Shown: piece after piece, positions 7,111 through 13,924 of the stretch
Numbering within the stretch: the stretch's first letter is position 1
Layout: each line of letters begins with the position of its first letter
Program-made: the position numbers and the translations under genes
Notes under the pieces: generated by a model
Told to the model about the DNA's origin: nothing
The model's database searches: none
The model's input: only the letters and a program-made list of their open reading frames with translations
Assembly (NCBI GenBank): GCA_044869275.1
Contig: JBIOXB010000247.1
Span: 1 to 13,924 of the forward strand
Source of the DNA: a bacterium
Lineage (GTDB): Bacteria; Zhuqueibacterota; Zhuqueibacteria; Zhuqueibacterales; Zhuqueibacteraceae
Reading direction: 5' to 3'
DNA length: 13,924 nt

Positions 7111-7198
7111 GATTGAGGTGCGATCATCGAAGCTGGGCAATGGAGAAGCGAGAATCGCCACCTCGCGATCTTCCATCTTCCATCCTCGCACCTCGATC
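7111..7198. repeat. Inverted array of degenerate 7-nt units
   Basis: Left: GATTGAG GTGCGAT CATCGAA GCTGGGC AATGGAG AAGCGAG. Right: TCTTCCA TCTTCCA TCCTCGC ACCTCGA. The outer arms 7111-7123 and 7186-7198 pair at 12 of 13 positions plus one T-G. Confidence 0.7.
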
Positions 7199-7206
7199 AA
7201 CGGGAA

Positions 7207-10200
7207 TTACTTCATCAACACCAGCTTGCGCCGGCTCACAAATTCTCCGGCCTTTAGAACATACGCATACACTCCGCTCGCCACACGCAAGCCCCGTTCA
7301 TCCGTCGCATCCCAAACCATGCTGTGATCGCCCGCCTCCATGCCGCCGGCGACGAGTTTCTTCACCAGTTGCCCGCTCATGCTGTAAATCGCGAGGCTCA
7401 CCTCGCTTGCTTCCGGAAGGGCAAAGCTGATGGTTGTGCTGGGATTGAACGGGTTGGGATAATTCTGCCGCAATTCAAAGCTCTCGGGCAGCGCGGCAAC
7501 AGCGTCCAAAGTATTGCCGCCCCTGGCCAGTGCGGCTCCGCTGCCGGCCGTGCCACGGAATAGGATTTCGTCAATGTAAACATCGTCATTGTTGTCGCTC
7601 GCATCGCACATGAAGCGCAGCCGCGCGTTGGCCGGGAACGAGTATGAGCTGCTGGAGATCGTGACGACCTGATGATAGAAGTTATTATTCTGGAACGTGG
7701 CGCCGGCCGCAAAAGTGGCGACAGTTTGCCAGGTCGTACCGTTGAAGTACTGCAGCCAGAAGTCCTCATTTGTTTCCATACTCACCATCTTGAACCAGAA
7801 ATCGACTTCCAGCGTGTTGTAGCCGGTTACGTTGTGCGTCGCGGTGTGGGAGAATGACGAAGCCGCGCCGGTGTTATCTTGAATATCCGCCGCGGCAACG
7901 CCCTGATGAGCATGCGTGCCGCCGTTATAACGCGACATATCCGCACCACCGTCCGTATAGCTGCCCATACCGCTCTCGAAGTTATCAAAGGTAATAACCT
8001 GCCATCCGCCGCCTGCGTTGCCGGTTACGCTGATTTCGTCAAAAGCAAAACCGTCCGAGGTGAGCGGAAAATCGTCATATTGCTGAAATTTGACAATGAA
8101 TGTGCTGCTCAGGCTCAAACCATTGGCGGCGGCCAACGCATCCAGATCGAGGTTAAAGCTCTGCCAAGCCGTGCTGCTGCCGCTCAGGCTTTGCACTTTT
8201 ACAAAGCTGGTGCCGCCGTTACTGGAGAAATAAACACCGTCCTGCGCATGGGTTTCATCGCCAAATTCTTTCCAGCGGAAAGCCAGGTTCACTTGCGACT
8301 CGCCGGTGAGATTCAAATGCAACCATGCTTCGTTTTGATTGAAAACCCCGCTGGTGCCCACATCCATGACCATGTGATAGCTGCCGGCAAAAGGGCCGTT
8401 GGTATTGAGCACTCGCGTGCGACCGGCGCTGTTGGATTTGTAAGTATTCCAATGATTGTCCAACGCGCCGCTTTCAAACCCCGTGCTGTATGGCAGCGTG
8501 GCGTAGTCAGCCGGCAACTGCGGAATCGTTCCCACACCCACCGCCAGCCACGCTTCGGCAGTTGATAGCGCTTGTTGCGAGCCGGCGCCAAACAATCCTT
8601 CCGCAGCAGCAATGGCGCCGCTACGAGCCGCATCATAATTCGAGTTGGAAGTCAAAAATGAATTGTTGTTGGTGTAGGCAATACGAGCCGCATCGGTGAG
8701 GCCAAGACCGGTCACGTTGTAAGCATAGCCCACGTCATTGGTGCCGCTGCCGCCTTCTACCAAGAGATAAAACCAGAAATTCTGCACGCCGCTGTTGATG
8801 TGTACGCCGCCGTTATCGCCGGTGCCCGTGTACCAGAAAGAGCCTTGATAAGTATCCGGGTCGCTGAATTGATTGGGATTTTGCATGTTCCGGATGCCTT
8901 GACCGCTGGCGCTCATATCTTCACCGACCCGCCATCCGGCAGAAGGCAGGCCGCTTTCCACACCGGGGTTTTCTCTAAAAAACTCAACCGCGTTGCCGAA
9001 AATATCGCTGAATGATTCATTGAGCGCGCCGGATTCATTTTGATAGATCAGATTCGAGGAGAACTCCGTTACGCCATGGCTCAACTCGTGCCCGACCACG
9101 TCAAGGCAGACCAGGGGAAAATAGTTGACGCCGTCGCCGTCGCCGTAGGTCATGCGGCTGCCATCCCAAAAAGCATTCACGTTGTTGGGATAACCCATAC
9201 CGATCAGGTTGGTGTGGACGTAGCTGAGCAGGGTAAAGCCGGCGTTATCGAGACTGTTTCTGCCGTGCTTGGCAAAGTAATAATCATAGGTAGCCTCCGC
9301 GCCCCAGTGCGCGCTGACGCCGGCGCCGTCCCAGGGGCCGTTGGCGCTGGTGGAGGTGAAATTCGTTGCCGCGGTATAGTTGGTGCCGTTATTCATATTG
9401 AAAGTGCGAATATCCGCGCCGCGCACGGTGTTGCCATTCTCTTGCAGGCGATAACTCGAGCCTGAAACCTGGTCGACAGTCATGGCCACAGTGCCATTAT
9501 ACAGCGAAGCGCCGCTGCCGCCAAAATCCACGTCGTGGATACGCGTGATCTGGTTGACAATTTCGCCGGTCTTGGCATCAACGTCCACGTAATAGCGTCC
9601 CACCGGCTTCGCGGCATAAATATCGAAGCGATACACCAATTTCATGTTATCCGCGCTTATTTCCGCTTTGCCGGAAGTGAGCTTCAATTCGCCTTTGGGA
9701 TAAAACGTGGCGCTGGCATCGCCCCGCTCCCGCTGCAAAAAAGCCTCATTGGCCTGGTCTTGCCACATATAAGCTTCGGCGCCGATCTGCCGCAAAGCGG
9801 CTTGCAGCGCGGCATGTTCGCCGAGCGCCGGCGTAACGTTCATCTGCAACCCATGAACCAGCTGGCCGTTGGCATGCCAAACCGCGCCGTTCCTTTCATG
9901 CAGAATATATTCCGCGCCGATGATGGGAATACCCTTATAAAGCTGAAGGTAATGAAGATGGCTGCCCAATTCATTGTGCGAAGAATGGAACGCTTGGAGT
10001 TGATTGTCATCGGAAAGTTGGAAGTACTGTTTGTACTCTTGGAAAAATGCCGCCACCGTGGGCTGGTGGCCCTGAACAAACTGAATGACCGTCGGCGCTT
10101 TACCAGCCCGGTCAAACTTCATTTCTGCCTGATGTAAAACCGTGGCTCTTTCTTGACCGTCATCAGCTCCAAATGCCGGAGCGGTGAAGCAGAAGGCCAG

Positions 10201-10236
10201 CAACATGGCAAACAGATCGTTGCGCTTATTTTTCAT
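7207..10236 (-). CDS. Secreted M4-family (thermolysin-like) zinc metalloprotease: signal peptide, FTP/PepSY propeptide, catalytic domain, two beta-sandwich modules, C-terminal T9SS-type/FlgD-Ig-like domain
   Basis: RBS GAGGAG and signal MKNKRNDLFAMLLAFCFTAPAFG. Propeptide motifs Q-x-YKGIPI and VDAKTGEI. Catalytic motifs NAFWDG, YGDGD, DVVGHELSHG (HExxH at 9090-9076), GALNESFSD and DNGGVHINSG. C-terminal LRQNYPNPFNPSTTISF...WDATDERG...SGVY...KLVLMK. Confidence 0.95.
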   Translation of the reverse strand: MKNKRNDLFAMLLAFCFTAPAFGADDGQERATVLHQAEMKFDRAGKAPTVIQFVQGHQPTVAAFFQEYKQYFQLSDDNQLQAFHSSHNELGSHLHYLQLYKGIPIIGAEYILHERNGAVWHANGQLVHGLQMNVTPALGEHAALQAALRQIGAEAYMWQDQANEAFLQRERGDASATFYPKGELKLTSGKAEISADNMKLVYRFDIYAAKPVGRYYVDVDAKTGEIVNQITRIHDVDFGGSGASLYNGTVAMTVDQVSGSSYRLQENGNTVRGADIRTFNMNNGTNYTAATNFTSTSANGPWDGAGVSAHWGAEATYDYYFAKHGRNSLDNAGFTLLSYVHTNLIGMGYPNNVNAFWDGSRMTYGDGDGVNYFPLVCLDVVGHELSHGVTEFSSNLIYQNESGALNESFSDIFGNAVEFFRENPGVESGLPSAGWRVGEDMSASGQGIRNMQNPNQFSDPDTYQGSFWYTGTGDNGGVHINSGVQNFWFYLLVEGGSGTNDVGYAYNVTGLGLTDAARIAYTNNNSFLTSNSNYDAARSGAIAAAEGLFGAGSQQALSTAEAWLAVGVGTIPQLPADYATLPYSTGFESGALDNHWNTYKSNSAGRTRVLNTNGPFAGSYHMVMDVGTSGVFNQNEAWLHLNLTGESQVNLAFRWKEFGDETHAQDGVYFSSNGGTSFVKVQSLSGSSTAWQSFNLDLDALAAANGLSLSSTFIVKFQQYDDFPLTSDGFAFDEISVTGNAGGGWQVITFDNFESGMGSYTDGGADMSRYNGGTHAHQGVAAADIQDNTGAASSFSHTATHNVTGYNTLEVDFWFKMVSMETNEDFWLQYFNGTTWQTVATFAAGATFQNNNFYHQVVTISSSSYSFPANARLRFMCDASDNNDDVYIDEILFRGTAGSGAALARGGNTLDAVAALPESFELRQNYPNPFNPSTTISFALPEASEVSLAIYSMSGQLVKKLVAGGMEAGDHSMVWDATDERGLRVASGVYAYVLKAGEFVSRRKLVLMK

Positions 10237-10481
10237 GGTATATTCTCCTCATGACGATTCAGATTAGTCGTAAAACATGCTGCTCACCCCGGTGCAAACG
10301 CGCAGCCCTGCTTGGCCGTCATGGCCCTCTGAGCTTGGTAAAATAGAATGCTGGCGGCATTTTCATTAAACTTTCTGAAGGACTACCGCATTGTAATACC
10401 AACCCGTAATACTCAGCTTTTTTTGCAGGGTTTCTGTTGTAGTCAGCCACAAGTGAGATCTTTGCAAAAAAGCAAATACTA

Positions 10482-10580
10482 GTTCCACGCGGATTAAAAA
10501 ACCACGCGGATAGCATAGAAATTTCCGTGTGGTTTTTTGATCCGTGTGGAACCATTTCGGTTGCGGCTCTGTCGCGTTGC
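10482..10580 (+). repeat. Composite palindromic element copy 3 (29-bp stem, 17-nt period + GGTT mini-hairpin)
   Basis: GTTCCACGCGGATTAAAAAACCACGCGGA (10482-10510) faces TCCGTGTGGTTTTTTGATCCGTGTGGAAC (10524-10552), giving 26 Watson-Crick pairs and 3 G-T pairs. CCACGCGGA occurs at 10485 and 10502. It is followed by TCGGTT-GCGGC-TCT-GTCGC-G (10557-10576). Confidence 0.9.
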
Positions 10581-10871
10581 GCTCTTTCTGCAATTGGCAG
10601 ACTTGCTGGCGTAGTCAAAACTGTAATAAGAACCCGGAAAACTTGATTTTGAAGCTTTGCAAGATAGGTGAGAGCAATGCCTCGCCTTGGAGCCTATCCG
10701 CGGGAATCCTGAAATGGCCCTCTGCAGGAGGTCTTGGTTGACTCGGCCACAATTTCAATTCTAAGAGTGTGTGGCGAAACTACCAAGATCCCGCAACGGC
10801 AGGATGACAGGATGAGGTTTTCGGATCGGCTCAAGCTCAATAAGGGAAAGTTTACATGCTAAAGTTGGGCC

Positions 10872-10899
10872 AAAATATCAAAATGTTTGAATAAGTCAA
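10872..10899 (-). promoter_or_regulatory. Putative sigma70-type promoter pointing toward the M4 protease gene
   Basis: Minus strand TTGACT (10899-10894) - 16 nt - TATTTT (10877-10872), with a TG extended -10, in an AT-rich patch. Confidence 0.5.
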
Positions 10900-10967
10900 G
10901 ATATTACAAAGTCGGCAGATAAAGCAGGTTCTCGCAGACGATAGTGGGTGAAATGGCTCTTCGCTGA

Positions 10968-13922
10968 TCAGTTTCCGGTGCAGGCATGCGCCACTGCCTG
11001 TTCTGCGGTCATGGCTTTGCCTACCGCAGTTTCCGCATCAAATGCTTCTTCCTCCATCGCGGCGCGCACTGCCGCAGCTTCGCGATCAAAGCGCGCTCGA
11101 ATGAACGCCGGCAGGGGCGCGCCGGTGGCCAGATGGAAAGTCTCCGCTGCGGCAAAAAGGCGGGCGGCACGCGCCAAGTTGCCAACGGCATGTGACCATC
11201 TCCCGAAGCCGAACAACGCATTGGCCATGCCCAGCCTGTTGCCGATTCCGTGGGAAAGCTGAAGACTCTCCTGGTAGCAGGCCAGGGCGCAGTCCATATC
11301 ATTCTTCTCGAACTTGAGGTGCCCGCGAAAGTTGAGCACATGAGCCATGCCCCATTTATTTTCCAGCGAGCGGTAGAGCGACAGGCTTTCTTCCAGGAAT
11401 TCTTCCGCACGATTGCTCTCGCCCTGTTCGTGTGCTACGATTCCCGAAGTATAACAATGTGCAGCCAGCCCCCATTTGCTTCCCACCTCTTTGATCAACG
11501 GCGCGCTTTCTTCCAGAAGCGCTTTGGCCCGGCCAAAATCGCCGTGAATAATCGCGGCGTTGCTCTGATAGCTCAAGGCAATGGCCATGTTTTGTTTGTC
11601 GTCCAACGCCTTCAGTCTGCCATAGGCCTCTTGCAATAAAGATGTGGCTTGCTCATAATTGCCCTGCATGCCCTCGATCCATCCCAGGCTGGTCAGCACA
11701 AAAGCAATGCCACGTTCATCGCCAATTTCACGGCGGAGGGTCAGGCCATTTTCATGTAGTGCCCACGCCGTCTTGAAATCGCCCTGCAGGTTTGCCGCCC
11801 ATCCCAGATTGTTGAGGGCCAGGGCGAGGCCGCGCTTGTCGCCCGACTGGCGGTGCAGCGTCAGGCTCTCTTCCGCCAGGGCCCGCCCGCTGTCAAACTC
11901 ACAACGCATTACCGCCAGCCAGCTCAGGTTATTGATGGCAGCGGCAGCAGCTTTCTTTTCGCCAAGCTCGCGCCAGATCTCCAGGCTCTCGAGCAAAAGC
12001 GAGTGCGCCGTGGAATAGTCTCCCATTTCATGGATGATGGTGCCCGCGCCATTCAACACCTTGGCACGTTCCCTGGTGCGCGGGGTCGAGCCCGGGAACG
12101 CCAACAGCGTGGTCAGCCGTTCGCAGGCTTCAATCATGTGGCCGCGCACCAGCCAGAGCCGCCACAGCGCGCCTCCCAATCGCAGTCCGTACCCGGCTTC
12201 ATCTTTTTCTTCCACCCACTTGAACACAGCGCGAAAGTTGTCGTGTTCGAGCTCCAATCTCGTTAACCACATTTTTTGCTTTGGACCGGTCAGCTCGGGT
12301 TCAGCCTGCAGCGCCAGCGCCAAAAAGTAATCTGCATGGGCGCGCCGGGTGTCATCCCCATCTTCGCTCAAGCGCAATCGTTCCAGCGCGTATTCGCGTA
12401 TGGTTTCCAGCATAACGAATCGCGCTTCATCGCCGGCCGAGCGATCTTGGCGCAGCAGGCTCTTGTCGATCAATACCGCAATGCCGTCAAGGGCGGAGCA
12501 AGTGAGATCATTCTTGACGCGGCAGACGGCTTCTGCTGCCTCCAAAGAGCAGCCTCCGGAAAACACGGCCAGCCGGCGGAACAATGCTTTCTCTTCCTCG
12601 TCCAGCAAGTCGTAGCTCCATGCAATCGCCTGCTGCAAAGTATGATGGCGCGCCGGCATGTCGCGCGCGCCACCTTTCAAAAGCTCAAAGCGTTTCTCCA
12701 GCCGCGCCAGCATGGTTTGTGGAGAGAACAACTTGAGCCGCGCGGCTGCCAGCTCGATGGCCAGCGGCAGGCCGTCGAGGCGAAAGCAAATTTCGGCAAC
12801 AGCAGAGGCATTTTCCTGGTTCAAAACAAAATCCGGCTTGACCGCCGCGGCGCGCTGAAGGAACAGCCTGATGGCAGGGTATGCGGTCAGCGCGGCGAGC
12901 GTGGCGCCCTGCTTGGGGTTGGGTGTCGCCAGGGGCGGCACGGAGAATTCATGTTCGCCCATGAGATGCAACACCGTGCGGCTGGTGACGAGAATTTTCA
13001 GTGTCGGGCAGCAGGCCAGTAACTCGGCAATGACCGGTGTGGCATCGATCACCTGCTCGAAGTTGTCGAGCAGCAGGAGCAAATTCTTTTCGCGCAAATA
13101 AGCAATGACCCCCTCGGCGACTGAACGCGCGGGATTTTCAAAGATGCCGAAGGTTTGGGCAATGGTGGACAACACCAACTTGTCATCCGTGTTGGCGGCC
13201 AGAGAAACAAAAAAAGTTCCATCGGTGAACGCTGCGCTCAGGTTGGCCGCCGCCTGCAGGCCAAGCCTGGTTTTGCCGGTGCCGCCCGGCCCGCTGAGTG
13301 TGACCAACCGCACTTCTTCGCGAAGCAAAAGCTGCGTGAGCGCCTCGAGTTCCTGTTCGCGTCCCAACAGCGGCGTCGAGGGCACGGGCAAATTGCTTGG
13401 GCGCGGCTTTGCCGTTTTCGGGAGGGGAGCCGCGAGGCTTGCTGTTCCTGGCAAAGCCTGCAAGTCCGCCAACATGGCATCGATGTGTTGATAGCGCTGG
13501 TCCGGGTTCTTCATCAACGCCTTGTTGATAACCGCTTCCAGCTCTTGCGGCGTCTCCGGTCTCAAATCACCGACCGGCTCCGGCGTTTCATTGATGATCG
13601 CGTAAATCAGCACTTGCTCGTGATCGCCCTGAAACGGCAACTGCCCGGCCAGTATTTCGTAGAGCACGACGCCGAAAGACCAAAGATCGGTGCGCTGATC
13701 GACTTTTCTGCCGCGCGCTTGTTCCGGCGACATGTAAGCCACCGTGCCCATGGTCGATTTTTCATGGGTCAGAAACGAGCTGCCGGAGAGCTTGGCCAAT
13801 CCGAAGTCCATGATCTTGATTCGGCCTTTGGTGTTGACCATGACATTGGCACTTTTGAGATCGCGATGAATCACACTCTTCTCGTGCGCGGCTTGCAAGC
13901 CGGCGGCAATTTGCAGCGCGTA
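10968..13922 (-). CDS. Hanks-type Ser/Thr kinase - STAND (NB-ARC-like) ATPase - winged helix - TPR protein (5' end outside window)
   Basis: The frame is open to the window edge (YALQIAAGLQAAHEK...). Kinase motifs HRDLKSAN, DFGLAK, GTVAYMSPEQ and DLWSFG. ATPase motifs LLGRE, Walker A GPGGTGKT (13292-13269), Walker B LLLLDNFE, TSR, DGLPLAIELAAA, WSYDLL and MLETIREY. About 8 TPR-like 40-aa repeats (LNNLG...G D...A....E.L.L.RE.GD) follow. Confidence 0.93.
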   Translation of the reverse strand, partial: YALQIAAGLQAAHEKSVIHRDLKSANVMVNTKGRIKIMDFGLAKLSGSSFLTHEKSTMGTVAYMSPEQARGRKVDQRTDLWSFGVVLYEILAGQLPFQGDHEQVLIYAIINETPEPVGDLRPETPQELEAVINKALMKNPDQRYQHIDAMLADLQALPGTASLAAPLPKTAKPRPSNLPVPSTPLLGREQELEALTQLLLREEVRLVTLSGPGGTGKTRLGLQAAANLSAAFTDGTFFVSLAANTDDKLVLSTIAQTFGIFENPARSVAEGVIAYLREKNLLLLLDNFEQVIDATPVIAELLACCPTLKILVTSRTVLHLMGEHEFSVPPLATPNPKQGATLAALTAYPAIRLFLQRAAAVKPDFVLNQENASAVAEICFRLDGLPLAIELAAARLKLFSPQTMLARLEKRFELLKGGARDMPARHHTLQQAIAWSYDLLDEEEKALFRRLAVFSGGCSLEAAEAVCRVKNDLTCSALDGIAVLIDKSLLRQDRSAGDEARFVMLETIREYALERLRLSEDGDDTRRAHADYFLALALQAEPELTGPKQKMWLTRLELEHDNFRAVFKWVEEKDEAGYGLRLGGALWRLWLVRGHMIEACERLTTLLAFPGSTPRTRERAKVLNGAGTIIHEMGDYSTAHSLLLESLEIWRELGEKKAAAAAINNLSWLAVMRCEFDSGRALAEESLTLHRQSGDKRGLALALNNLGWAANLQGDFKTAWALHENGLTLRREIGDERGIAFVLTSLGWIEGMQGNYEQATSLLQEAYGRLKALDDKQNMAIALSYQSNAAIIHGDFGRAKALLEESAPLIKEVGSKWGLAAHCYTSGIVAHEQGESNRAEEFLEESLSLYRSLENKWGMAHVLNFRGHLKFEKNDMDCALACYQESLQLSHGIGNRLGMANALFGFGRWSHAVGNLARAARLFAAAETFHLATGAPLPAFIRARFDREAAAVRAAMEEEAFDAETAVGKAMTAEQAVAHACTGN

Positions 13923-13924
13923 CT

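Noticed and set aside
10361..10388. Possible IS1-like end (minus strand GGTAGTCCTTCAGAAAGTTTAATG)
   Set aside because: Only a short resemblance, with no partner inverted repeat or transposase fragment visible.
10319..10618. Small minus-strand ORFs (10366-10593 'MQKERNATEPQPK...' and 10319-10618)
   Set aside because: They are translations through palindromic element copy 3, with weak starts and no protein motifs.

Overview
Bacterial chromosomal DNA with GC-rich genes and AT-richer, highly structured intergenic spacers. The 'QNYPNPFNP...WD...SGVY' C-terminal sorting-type domain suggests an FCB-related lineage such as KSB1, Calditrichota or Ignavibacteria; this is inference only. The + strand carries a ccdA-ccdB toxin-antitoxin pair, with ccdA cut by the window edge. 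The - strand carries, from right to left: a Ser/Thr kinase-STAND ATPase-TPR protein (cut by the edge), a secreted M4 (thermolysin-family) metalloprotease with two beta-sandwich modules, an APH-family phosphotransferase, an IorA/IorB-type Tat-exported molybdoenzyme pair, a CocE/NonD alpha-amino-acid ester hydrolase, and a frameshifted remnant of an AraC-type HTH gene. The least explained signal is non-coding. Five of the six spacers hold long inverted repeats built from short tandem units (periods about 7, 8, 9, 10-11 and 17 nt). Three of them, all in the same orientation, are followed by the same short 'GGTT + 5-bp stem/3-nt loop' motif, which suggests a family of dispersed modular REP/MITE-like elements.
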